Below, in pieces: positions 1 to 8,618 of a stretch of DNA of 64,000 nucleotides. Origin of the DNA: Christensenella sp. (lineage in GTDB: Bacteria > Bacillota > Clostridia > Christensenellales > CAG-138); NCBI GenBank assembly GCA_034926785.1, contig JAYFQU010000023.1, positions 458 through 64,457 on the forward strand, given 5' to 3'. A program made the position numbers and the translations under genes. Position 1 is the stretch's first letter; every line of letters begins with the position of its first letter. Under the pieces are notes generated by a model. That model was given only the letters and a program-made list of their open reading frames with translations. It was not told the DNA's origin and searched no databases.

Positions 1-170
1 CCGGGCAGTTCGGCTTCGAGCAGATAACTCTCGCCGTTGTCACGGATATCGGTCTTAAACTCGCGGACCGCGCCCTCTCCAAAGAAGCGACGCTGCATCT
101 CTTCGAGTTCATCAAAGGGATTGTAGAAGGTCAAGTTGCGCTTTCTGCTGTAAGGTACGAGTTCGAACAT
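1..170 (-). CDS. Small heat-shock protein, Hsp20/alpha-crystallin family (N-terminal part only; gene runs off the left edge)
   Basis: Reverse-strand ATG at 170 is preceded by GGAGGAG (181-187). Translation MFELVPYSRKRNLTFYNPFDELEEMQRRFFGEGAVREFKTDIRDNGESYLLEAELPG fits the sHSP pattern of a variable N-arm followed by an alpha-crystallin strand ending in LPG. It is truncated by the window edge, so it is not in the ORF track. Confidence 0.7.
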   Translation of the reverse strand, partial: MFELVPYSRKRNLTFYNPFDELEEMQRRFFGEGAVREFKTDIRDNGESYLLEAELP

Positions 171-329
171 ATACATTCTCCTCCTTTGGAAAATTTATGG
201 TTTTCTTCGGCGCCTCACCCCGGCGCCCGGGGTTTGTTGGTTTACAATTCCATTTCCTTATCGGAACACCTGTATCATACAAAAGAATTTTTACGGAAAA
301 ACAGACAGCTTGTAATGGAAATGTGAAAT

Positions 330-356
330 TTAGCACTCAACGATCTAGAGTGCTGA
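330..356 (-). promoter_or_regulatory. CIRCE (HrcA operator) inverted repeat upstream of hsp20
   Basis: TTAGCACTC-aacgatcta-GAGTGCTGA matches the consensus TTAGCACTC-N9-GAGTGCTAA at 17 of 18 positions. A reverse-strand TATAAT (356-361) abuts the repeat. The element lies about 160-185 nt upstream of the hsp20 ATG. Confidence 0.8.
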
Positions 357-398
357 TTATATGGTGTACAACTCTGTTTTTACGCGCAACCAGGCGGC

Positions 399-426
399 AA
401 AAAAACGGCGGCACGCAGCCGTCGTT
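399..426 (-). terminator. Rho-independent terminator after the PP2C phosphatase gene
   Basis: The reverse strand reads ACGACGGCTGCGTGCCGCCGT (imperfect GC stem) followed by seven T, starting at the TAA stop (426-428). Confidence 0.55.
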
Positions 427-1607
427 TAAAAATAACTGGTTTTAATTCGCTTCCCCATCTTGGCGAGGCAGTCGGAGAGTTGTTCGATCAGGCGCATTTT
501 GAGAGGAAAGCTAATCGGCAGTTCGGGGTTTTGATGCGCAGGATTAGCCGCGCAGCCAACGAAGAAGTTGATATCCGTCGCCTCCTCAAAGAGCAGCCGC
601 GCGATGCGGGAGGCGCCGTCCCGCCCGTTACTCCAGCGCTCAAACTGACTGTTGTCCGCTAAATAGTTCCGGGCATATTCCAGAACGCGGTTAATCGTGA
701 TCACACCCTCGGTCACCAGATCCACCCCTTCAATCGTCGCCGTCGGTGGAATTTCCGGGTCGGGAAAATCCAGTTCGGCAAACAAGGGCTTGTTGAGATA
801 GTCCGCGGCAATCGTTGAGGTGGTTCCGCCGCAGACGATATGCTTCCCCTCCTTGGTGAAAAAGAGAGACATCATCTTTCCATTGTCATCCCGGCTGGAA
901 GGCGGGCCGCAGAGCAGATTCATCGGCACACGGGAGCGAATGCGTACGGTGCAGACCGTTGCATCGTCTCCGGGCGCCCCTGCGTAGAGTCGGTTTGTCT
1001 CCTGCAGCAGAATCGTCGAGAGCGTTTTTGCGGTGAACCCAACGTGCCACATGGTCTCTAGGTAGCGGATGATATCCTCGCGCCGCCAGCCGAAATTATA
1101 GATTCCGCCGACCCCCGCGTGTTCCACGCCGTCGCTCATCGCGATAAAAACGTCGTTCTCCTGCAATTTCACATCGGAGCGATAGATGCGCTTGGCGCCG
1201 ATATTGAGCATCGTAGTCGGTATGTCCATGCTCTTTCCGTCGCGAAGCAGGATCACGGAGGGATTGTCGTATTGAATGATCTCTGCCTGCTCGTTGTTGA
1301 CGAGACGCAGAATGGTAAACGTGGAATACGCGATGCCGCGCGTCGCGCAGACAGGCAGCGTCGCCGCCATGGTCTCCACGCATTCTTCCAGCCGCAGGCC
1401 GGCCGCCAGCATGGTGGACAGAATTTTCGACGTCAGCGTGGAGAGAATATTCGCCTTTACTCCACTGCCAAGCCCGTCCGCCAGAACAATGATAGTGGAG
1501 TTTTCCTCCTGATTGGCAATCTCGACATGATCCCCGCAGAGTTGTTCTCCGACGTGGTTGAGGCACATATATCCGATATCCGCACAGAGATTATTCGTTT
1601 TCCGCAT
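426..1607 (-). CDS. SpoIIE/PP2C-family serine phosphatase with an extra C-terminal domain of about 160 aa
   Basis: 393-aa ORF. It carries PP2C-type acidic motifs (CGDHVEI, VLADGLGSGVKA, AMSDGVEHAG, GDDATV). It overlaps the upstream hydS-like gene by 17 nt, which suggests translational coupling. This is the gene order reported for sensory hydrogenase loci. Confidence 0.8.
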   Translation of the reverse strand: MRKTNNLCADIGYMCLNHVGEQLCGDHVEIANQEENSTIIVLADGLGSGVKANILSTLTSKILSTMLAAGLRLEECVETMAATLPVCATRGIAYSTFTILRLVNNEQAEIIQYDNPSVILLRDGKSMDIPTTMLNIGAKRIYRSDVKLQENDVFIAMSDGVEHAGVGGIYNFGWRREDIIRYLETMWHVGFTAKTLSTILLQETNRLYAGAPGDDATVCTVRIRSRVPMNLLCGPPSSRDDNGKMMSLFFTKEGKHIVCGGTTSTIAADYLNKPLFAELDFPDPEIPPTATIEGVDLVTEGVITINRVLEYARNYLADNSQFERWSNGRDGASRIARLLFEEATDINFFVGCAANPAHQNPELPISFPLKMRLIEQLSDCLAKMGKRIKTSYF

Positions 1608-3270
1608 TCGTGATCGATTCCTTCAGTTTGGTCAGCGCAATCTTGGTTTCAGCGGTCGTCTCCCCCAGCAGCGAGGCGATCTCCTGCACAACGCGCATCT
1701 GTTTTTCTACCACGCGGTCGGCAATCTCGACCGTCTGCCGACTGATGAGCTCCTTTTCACGGCGGCTCTCCTCCTCTGTGGTGACGTCGCGCAGAATCGC
1801 AATCAGGATATGCGTTGTTCTGTCGTGCACAATGGTGAGCTCCAGATACTTATTGTATTCCGCATAGTAATCCCGCTGTTCGCGGATGGACTTTCCGTTA
1901 TCCAGCGCGTTTAAAAACGGCTGCGGATCCATGATGCGAATCAACTGCTCGCCCAGCACATCGCCCTCCTGCCGGATATGCAGCATGCTCATCGCAGCCG
2001 CGTTAACCTGCTGCACCTCAAGGTCCTCGTTAACCACGAGGATGCCGTTGGGCGTATGCCTCAGAATATTGTTGGAGAACCGCTCCGTTTTCTCCATCAG
2101 GAACGGCAGGCACATGCTGATATCCGCCTTGCCGCGGTAAACGGCTATCGCCTTTTCACGGCAGGTGTTGTAGCCGCAGCTGCCGCAGTTCAGTTCATCC
2201 TCCGGCTTCAGCTTGCCGGTTTTGGCAAGGATTTCGCGAATCTCCGACTCGGAAGGAACCACGTTGGTCACGCCAATATAACCGTGGCGCCTTGTCAGAG
2301 CGCCTTCGGAGAGCGAATCGACAGCAAAATCCCGCTTCCCGGCATAGGTGGTCACCGCCTGATAATGGCGCACGGGCGAGTTATTATATTTTTCCATCAC
2401 CGGTCCGCCGATGCAGCTGCCCGCGCAGGCGCTCATCTCCAGAAAGCAGTTTTTGATGTTTCCGGCGGCGATGTCCTCCAGCGCGGCGCGGCAGTTTTCC
2501 GTGCCGTCCACGCTCAGGCAGGTGTAACCGGTCTCCGGGATGTCCATGGTCTTGAGGATCCCTCCCACGGTGGGGAAAAATCGCGCGCGGCTTTCCTCCG
2601 CATAATCCAGCCGTGCCTCCGGTTCAATGCCCGCCGCGGCAAACATGCGCGAGAGCTCGTCAAAGGTGAGCACCGCGTCTACGGGGCTGTTCTCCGCTTC
2701 GTCTTTTTTGGAGAGGCATGGGCCGATGAATACCGTCTTTGTGCCCGGCATGCGGCGCTTGATGTCCATACTGTGCGCAATCATCGGTGAAACAACCGGC
2801 GAAAGACAGCGAATCAGCTCAGGGTAGTATTTCCGAATCAGCAGATTAACCGAATGACAGCAGGAACTGATGATCACATCCTCCGTTCGGTCGCGCATCT
2901 GCTTTTCATACTCGCGCTTCACCAGCGTTGCGCCGATTGCGGTCTCCTCCGCCTCGGCAAAGCCGATCCGGAGCAGCGCCTCGCGCATCGCGGAAATGCC
3001 GACCCCTTCAAAATAGGCGGCAAACGACGGCGCAAGGCTCGCAACCACGGGCGCCTCCCCATACAGCATCGCCTGCACAATCTCGGTGCCATCCGCAATT
3101 TCCTTCGCATTTTGCGGGCAAACGACAAAACACTGGCCGCAGAGGATGCATTCCTCGCTCACAATATGCGCCTGATTCGCGGAAAACCGGATGGATTTCA
3201 CCGGGCAGTGGCGAATGCATTTATAGCAGTTTTTACAGTTTGATTTTTTTAGTCTGAGGACACTCGACAT
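1591..3270 (-). CDS. hydS: Putative sensory [FeFe]-hydrogenase (group C, HydS-like): ferredoxin domain, H-cluster domain, Cx2Cx4Cx16C motif, PAS domain
   Basis: N-terminal 2x[4Fe-4S] motifs (CKNCYKCIRHCP, CILCGQCFVVCP). H-cluster motifs are present but altered: SSCCHS, GPCLSKKDE, EMSACAGSC. The catalytic HydA in this window has TSCCPAW, MPCTAKKFE, EVMACPGGC. CGSCGYNTC-x16-C is followed by a PAS-like segment (ILRHTPNGILVVNEDL...ILRDVT). Start trimmed to ATG 3270 (MSSVLRLKKSNCKNC); ATG 3291 is an alternative. Confidence 0.85.
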   Translation of the reverse strand: MSSVLRLKKSNCKNCYKCIRHCPVKSIRFSANQAHIVSEECILCGQCFVVCPQNAKEIADGTEIVQAMLYGEAPVVASLAPSFAAYFEGVGISAMREALLRIGFAEAEETAIGATLVKREYEKQMRDRTEDVIISSCCHSVNLLIRKYYPELIRCLSPVVSPMIAHSMDIKRRMPGTKTVFIGPCLSKKDEAENSPVDAVLTFDELSRMFAAAGIEPEARLDYAEESRARFFPTVGGILKTMDIPETGYTCLSVDGTENCRAALEDIAAGNIKNCFLEMSACAGSCIGGPVMEKYNNSPVRHYQAVTTYAGKRDFAVDSLSEGALTRRHGYIGVTNVVPSESEIREILAKTGKLKPEDELNCGSCGYNTCREKAIAVYRGKADISMCLPFLMEKTERFSNNILRHTPNGILVVNEDLEVQQVNAAAMSMLHIRQEGDVLGEQLIRIMDPQPFLNALDNGKSIREQRDYYAEYNKYLELTIVHDRTTHILIAILRDVTTEEESRREKELISRQTVEIADRVVEKQMRVVQEIASLLGETTAETKIALTKLKESITNAENE

Positions 3271-3305
3271 TCTATTTCTTTCTTGCAGCATGCCGCCGCA
3301 TTGTT

Positions 3306-3575
3306 TTATTTCACTTCCGCCTGGCCTCGTTTGGAAGTGAGGCGCGGTGCAATCTTCTGAATGAAAAACAGCTCCGCCGTATCCGGGGAAAGCGAGTAAT
3401 ATTCGCCGTCCAGCTGCACGCTGACCCCGGTTTGGCAGTGGTTCATGCAAAACGAGCCGCCAAGATGAATCTGTCCCTCCGCCGCATAATCCTGTATCAT
3501 TCGTCTGAGACGTTCAACCACCTCGCGCGATCCTTTCAGGTGACAGGAACTCCCGATGCACACCGTGATGTTCAT
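3306..3575 (-). CDS. Small thioredoxin-like [2Fe-2S] ferredoxin-domain protein
   Basis: MNITVCIGSSCHLKG...FCMNHC has four Cys in the CX4C...CX3C spacing. It is a paralog of the 84-aa ORF at 32874-33128. GGAG lies 8 nt upstream of ATG 3575; the track ORF starts at an upstream GTG. It is the first gene of the hydS operon. Confidence 0.75.
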   Translation of the reverse strand: MNITVCIGSSCHLKGSREVVERLRRMIQDYAAEGQIHLGGSFCMNHCQTGVSVQLDGEYYSLSPDTAELFFIQKIAPRLTSKRGQAEVK

Positions 3576-3632
3576 ACGCCACACTCCAATCGGTCAACGA
3601 ATCCATGCGATCCGCATGTTTCGATTTTGTTT

Positions 3633-3669
3633 TATCGATATTATAATACCGATATAAGAAATCTGTCAA
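3633..3669 (-). promoter_or_regulatory. Sigma-70-type promoter of the hydS operon with an abutting ATCGATA box
   Basis: The reverse strand reads GGTTGACAGATTTCTTATATCGGTATTATAATATCGATAAAACAAAATCGAAAC. That gives TTGACA (3664-3669), an 18-nt spacer, TATAAT (3640-3645), then ATCGATA (3633-3639). It is nearly identical to the hydC promoter at 28588-28623. Confidence 0.7.
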
Positions 3670-3813
3670 CCCCACGCTCCGCGTGCCTCTTCTCCTGTTC
3701 ACGGGCCGCACGCAGGTTCGCCACGCGCTATCCTAACAAAAAAGGAGGCTCTTTGCAAATGCATTGAGCGCTCCATCGATGAACTGCTTTGTTGAAACCA
3801 GGGCAGCGCCGCG

Positions 3814-6126
3814 TTAGACGCATTTTTGTTTCAATACGCTCATGCGCTTCTTCTTCTTTTCTTCATAGAGATATCGATCCGCCTCGTTAACAATCTGGCT
3901 GATCTCCAGGTTGTGCTGGCAGGTAAAATATGCGATCCCCATGGATGCCTCCACATAATACGGGCGGGTCGAATTACGATTGTATTCGTCAAACGCCTGC
4001 CGTATCCGGCTGGTAAACACCTCTCCAAAATCCGGACTATCCACAATAAACATGCCGACGAACTCATCGCCTCCAAGGCGCGCAATCAAATCATTCCGTC
4101 GCACGGCCTGCTTGAGGATATCGCTCAGCGCGGAGAGTGCCATATCCCCCTCCGAATGGCCAAAGGTGTCGTTGATCTCCTTGAGGTGATCCAAATCCAT
4201 AAAGACACAGAGCCCCGGTTTGCCCGCGTTTTCGCGGTTGAGGCGTATCGCCTGCTCGATAAACCCGCGACGGTTGAGAATGTTGCAAAGCGGATCATAG
4301 TCCGAAAGAAAGTTTAAAATCTGGTTCCGCTCCCGAATATTCTCCAGCTCACTTCCGATGATCTGTTCCTTCCGCTTCAGATCTAAAAAGTTGATGAGAA
4401 TTCCGAGCTGCAGTCCAATCACATGCAGCAACGAGCTGCGCGCCATGTCCACTTCGCAAAGCAGAATGCCATATTGGATATTGCCGGAGAAAATGCTAAA
4501 GCTCATCAGATGCGTGTGCCGCTCCAGCCCAGGCAAGTCTCTGAGCGGGTGCGTTGTATCGATCACCGGCATCTGCGCCCGCGCAAAAGCGCGCACGTCG
4601 TCCTTTCGGCCATACGCGGCGAGCAAAAGCTTTTCCGGCGCATGCTGCACCTGAGAGGTTTGCAGCGGCTGCGCCTCCGGCAGCAGACAAATGTAGATAG
4701 AGTTGAGATTGATCCCGCGCAGCCGTTTCACAATATTATAAAAAATGCTTTCCTCTTCTAAATCACTGTCCACCAAATCCCGGATGAACTCCGGAATAAA
4801 CCAGGACTGCGCGCGGAAATCGTCCAGATTTTTCTCCACCATCCGAGCCTTGTAGGAAAGCAAAAATCCCTGCGTAAAGCCAAGAACATCATAGAGTTTC
4901 CTCACCTTTGGAACCCGCAGGTTCTCCGCCGGCATCTGCCCCAAATACTCGTTCAGCCGCAAGGCAACATGATAGGTCGCACTGGTAAACTCATCCGTAA
5001 ACGTCTGCATCCAGTCGGCGAACCCATATTGATCGATCTTCGCGTCGGTTTCAATCTCTCTCTCCAATCGGCCAATCAGCCGATCGATCATGGTCTCGCT
5101 GCGCTCCCGTTCGCTGCCGTCGTAGCAGGCCTTCAAATCGGCGGCGATTCGCTGCAGCACGCAATCCGCATACAGCGCGCAGTCGATCCCTTCCAGTGAA
5201 AACAAATTGAGTTTCGCGTCCGGCAAACAGCCGCAGGATCGACGGATCTGCAGTTTCGTCTCCAGCTTCGTCGAGGATACGGGTCTGCCGCAGACCAAAT
5301 CGACCGCCTTGAATACCGCCATCTCACCCATCTCGTAGATATTCTGCGAAACCGTAGTCAACGGCGGCATCAACGTCCTGCTCGTAGAAAAGTTATCGAA
5401 TCCCGTAAACGCGATATCCTTGCCAACTCTGATCCCACGTTTTGCGCATTCGCGATATCCGCCCCGCGCCATCTCGTCGTTGCAGAATGCAATCGCGTCT
5501 ATGTCCGGATTCTCGTCGAACAGCCGCGACACCAGCGGATCGGAAAATTCGGAAAAATCGCCATAGGCGATCATCGATTCCTCCACCGGCAAATCGTATT
5601 TTCTCATGGTGTCGAAATACGCGCGCATCCGCTCTTTGATGTCGGGATGATTTTTTACCCCCGCGAGCAGGCAGATCTTATGGCAATGATGCGCCACGAT
5701 CAAATGCTCGATACACTGGCAGAAACTCGAGTAGTTATCCACCGTAATACAGGATTTGTTTGACTGATCCATATCGATCTGTTCCTGCAAAATAACGGAC
5801 GGCGTCTCGTCGAACCGCTTCAGGAACTGCTGGTAGGTATTTTCGCCGTCAAACCCCGATAGGGAACCGCAGGATAGAATGTAGGCGTCCGCGCCGAACA
5901 TATAGGCATAGTCGTAGATGCTGTTGTGATGATACGCGGTTATTTGCTCACTGCCGGGCTCAATAAACCCCGCGTGCCTGGGCATCCCCATCATGTAAAG
6001 AACCTGCACGCCTTCCCGCTCAGCGGTATTCAAAATTCCCTGCATTAGTTCCATAGAAAAGTCATAGCTCACGTCGCCAATCATCACGCAAAGTGAAATT
6101 TGGTTTCTTGTTTGATGCGTCATCAT
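3814..6126 (-). CDS. Cytoplasmic diguanylate cyclase (GGDEF) with an N-terminal LacI/periplasmic-binding-protein-fold sensor domain
   Basis: The C-terminus reads ...FMDLDHLKEINDTFGHSEGD...RRNDLIARLGGDEFVG. This shows an intact GGDEF motif and an RxxD I-site five residues upstream. The N-terminal ~300 aa resemble sugar-binding folds without an HTH or TM segments. The start is uncertain: ATG 6126 (MMTHQTRNQ, with AGAGGGAG upstream) is preferred over 6207/6216. Confidence 0.8.
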   Translation of the reverse strand: MMTHQTRNQISLCVMIGDVSYDFSMELMQGILNTAEREGVQVLYMMGMPRHAGFIEPGSEQITAYHHNSIYDYAYMFGADAYILSCGSLSGFDGENTYQQFLKRFDETPSVILQEQIDMDQSNKSCITVDNYSSFCQCIEHLIVAHHCHKICLLAGVKNHPDIKERMRAYFDTMRKYDLPVEESMIAYGDFSEFSDPLVSRLFDENPDIDAIAFCNDEMARGGYRECAKRGIRVGKDIAFTGFDNFSTSRTLMPPLTTVSQNIYEMGEMAVFKAVDLVCGRPVSSTKLETKLQIRRSCGCLPDAKLNLFSLEGIDCALYADCVLQRIAADLKACYDGSERERSETMIDRLIGRLEREIETDAKIDQYGFADWMQTFTDEFTSATYHVALRLNEYLGQMPAENLRVPKVRKLYDVLGFTQGFLLSYKARMVEKNLDDFRAQSWFIPEFIRDLVDSDLEEESIFYNIVKRLRGINLNSIYICLLPEAQPLQTSQVQHAPEKLLLAAYGRKDDVRAFARAQMPVIDTTHPLRDLPGLERHTHLMSFSIFSGNIQYGILLCEVDMARSSLLHVIGLQLGILINFLDLKRKEQIIGSELENIRERNQILNFLSDYDPLCNILNRRGFIEQAIRLNRENAGKPGLCVFMDLDHLKEINDTFGHSEGDMALSALSDILKQAVRRNDLIARLGGDEFVGMFIVDSPDFGEVFTSRIRQAFDEYNRNSTRPYYVEASMGIAYFTCQHNLEISQIVNEADRYLYEEKKKKRMSVLKQKCV

Positions 6127-6494
6127 GGGTGTTACAAGCTCCCTCTTCGGCAGCCCGGTGTCGCGGGCACTGCGCTTTGCCGTCTGTTTGATCTTCGGTG
6201 AAAACATCGCGCGCAAGAATAGAAATTCATACTTGATCTACAAGTACATTTTTATGTGAAAAGAACGATGTGCAACACTTCGGTTTGCTGAAACAGTAGC
6301 TGCAATCAGCAGTAAACAATCCTCATTTTTATTGTATTCTCGATCTGTGCGCACGTCAATGCTTCAATCCGTGCATTTTTAAGCTGTTCTTAAGCGTATT
6401 CGATTCGTCTTTTGCCTCATTGTCCTCCACGTCTCTATTCTTATATGTACGTTCCTTTCTTGTATGTCCGATGGTAAGCGCAGAGAATGGCCAT

Positions 6495-6526
6495 AGAAAA
6501 ACTGGCACCGCGGAATACGGCGCCAG
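6495..6526 (-). terminator. Rho-independent terminator after oppF
   Basis: The reverse strand reads CTGGCGCCGTATTCCGCGGTGCCAG followed by TTTTTC, about 50 nt downstream of the oppF stop. Confidence 0.65.
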
Positions 6527-6577
6527 CTTTGTAATTGAGCCAGGGTTATTTTTTATAGAACACTTTACAGATTCATT

Positions 6578-7525
6578 CTATTTGACGTTCCCGGTTGTCC
6601 AGCGGGCAATCTCAGCATCAGTACCCAGCACAAAATGCGTACCGTCGATATGATGCTGCGTCCCGATATTGTAATCGATATTCTCCGCTTTAAAGTCATA
6701 CGCCTGTGCAACGCGTTTCTTCTCCGTGCGCGGGTTGGGATGCGGAATGGCCGAAAGTAGGCTGCGCGTATAGGGATGCACGGGGTTATTGAAAATCTCC
6801 TCCGTCGTGCCCGTCTCCACCATGTGGCCCAGATGCAGCACGCCGATGCGGTCGCTGATATATTTCACCATCGACAGATCGTGCGCAATAAAGAGATAGG
6901 CCGTGCCCGTCTCCTGCTGCAGATCGCGCATCAGGTTGACCACCTGCGCCTGGATGGAGACATCCAGCGCGCTGATGCACTCGTCGGCAATGATGAGCTT
7001 TGGGTTCATAATCAGCGCACGCGCAATGCCGACGCGCTGACGCTGCCCGCCGCTGAACTGGTGCGGATAACGGTTTGCGTGCTCGGGCGCGAGGCCGACC
7101 TTATCCAGAATCTCCCGCACCGCCTCGTGCCGTTCTTCCCGGTTTTTGCAGAGATGATGGATGTCAAGACCCAGCGCGATGATGTCCTCAACCTTTTTTC
7201 TCGGGTTAAGACAGGCCATCGGGTCCTGAAAAATCATCTGCATCTCCATGCGCAGGCGCGTTCTGCCGGCGCGGTTCATCCGCCCGGAGATGTCCATGCC
7301 GTCAAAGAGAATTTTGCCGTCGGTCGGTTCATAGAGACGAATCAGCGAACGCCCAATGGTGCTTTTCCCGCTGCCGCTCTCGCCTACCAGCCCGTAGGTC
7401 TCCCCGGGATAGATTACGAAATCCACCCCGTCCACGGCACGAACCGTGAAGTTGCGGTTGATTCGAAAATGCTGCTTCAGTCCCTTCACTTCCAGAAGAG
7501 GTGTTTTTGAACTTGCTTCAGCCAT
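6578..7525 (-). CDS. oppF: Oligopeptide/dipeptide ABC transporter ATP-binding protein
   Basis: Walker [10 protein letters not shown], signature FSGGQRQRV, Walker B LIIADE, and the C-terminal oligopeptide-type extension (NPVHPYTRSLLSA). It is the last gene of an A-B-C-D-F ordered operon. Confidence 0.88.
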   Translation of the reverse strand: MAEASSKTPLLEVKGLKQHFRINRNFTVRAVDGVDFVIYPGETYGLVGESGSGKSTIGRSLIRLYEPTDGKILFDGMDISGRMNRAGRTRLRMEMQMIFQDPMACLNPRKKVEDIIALGLDIHHLCKNREERHEAVREILDKVGLAPEHANRYPHQFSGGQRQRVGIARALIMNPKLIIADECISALDVSIQAQVVNLMRDLQQETGTAYLFIAHDLSMVKYISDRIGVLHLGHMVETGTTEEIFNNPVHPYTRSLLSAIPHPNPRTEKKRVAQAYDFKAENIDYNIGTQHHIDGTHFVLGTDAEIARWTTGNVK

Positions 7526-7527
7526 CG

Positions 7528-8607
7528 TTACAACCCCTCCTTTTTCATGCGTTCAATCCTTGCCTTGAGCTCCTGCGGCATCTCTACCTTTGGCGCGCGC
7601 GGATCCAACAGCCATGTTGAGGCATAGTGCGTATCCGAAATCTGAAACATCGGTGGTTCCGCGCGCTCGTCAATCTTCAGCGCATAGATGTTTCGCGGCG
7701 CGAACGCATCCCCCGGTACGGGGCGCAGCAGGTTCGGCGGGGATCCGGGAATCGTATAGAGCCGTTCGTCCCGCGTGTCCAAATCCGGCATGGCGGATAA
7801 TAGCCCCCAGGTATAGGGATGGCGCGGATCAAAAAAGATCTCGTCAATCTTGCCTTTTTCCACGATCTTTCCGGCGTACATGACGTTGACATAGTCCGCA
7901 ACTTTCGCGACCACGCCAAGGTCGTGCGTAATATAGATGATGCTGATGCCGCGCTCCTTCTGGATGCGCTGAATCAGTTCCAGGATCTTTGCCTGAATCG
8001 TGACATCCAGCGCGGTAGTGGGCTCGTCGCAAATCAGCAGTTCCGGGTTACAGGCCAACGCAATGGCGATGACCACCCGCTGGCGCATACCGCCGGAGAG
8101 CTGATGCGGATATTGCTTCATGCGCCGCTTCGGCTCGGGAATTCCAACCTCCTCCAGCAGCGCAAGCGCGCGCTCCTTTGCCTGCGCGGCCGGCGTGTGA
8201 TAATGCCAGATCATGCCTTCCATAATCTGCCTGCCGATGGGCATGGTCGGGTCGAGACTCGTCATGGGATCCTGAAAAACCATCGCGATGCGCTTGCCGT
8301 TGATGTGCTTGCGAAATTCCTTTTTCTCCAGCTGCGCCAGATCCGTCTCAATCTCCGTACCGTCTTCGCGATGATAGCGAAAGCGGATGGTTCCGCCGTT
8401 GACGATGCTGTTTTTATCCAGTATGCCCATGATCGCCTTGGCGGTGACGGATTTCCCGCTGCCGCTCTCGCCGACGATGGCCAGCGTCTCCCCTTGAAAC
8501 ACATCGATGTTGACACCGCGAATCGCGTTGACAAGCCCGGCGTTTGTGGTAAACGAGATCGAGAGATTGCGCATTTCAAGCACTTTGTTTCGTTTGATTG
8601 CTTCCAT
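7528..8607 (-). CDS. oppD: Oligopeptide/dipeptide ABC transporter ATP-binding protein
   Basis: [46 protein letters not shown] 8607 has GAGGAG 7 nt upstream; the track ORF begins at an upstream GTG. Confidence 0.88.
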   Translation of the reverse strand: MEAIKRNKVLEMRNLSISFTTNAGLVNAIRGVNIDVFQGETLAIVGESGSGKSVTAKAIMGILDKNSIVNGGTIRFRYHREDGTEIETDLAQLEKKEFRKHINGKRIAMVFQDPMTSLDPTMPIGRQIMEGMIWHYHTPAAQAKERALALLEEVGIPEPKRRMKQYPHQLSGGMRQRVVIAIALACNPELLICDEPTTALDVTIQAKILELIQRIQKERGISIIYITHDLGVVAKVADYVNVMYAGKIVEKGKIDEIFFDPRHPYTWGLLSAMPDLDTRDERLYTIPGSPPNLLRPVPGDAFAPRNIYALKIDERAEPPMFQISDTHYASTWLLDPRAPKVEMPQELKARIERMKKEGL

Positions 8608-8618
8608 TGCCGCGCTCC

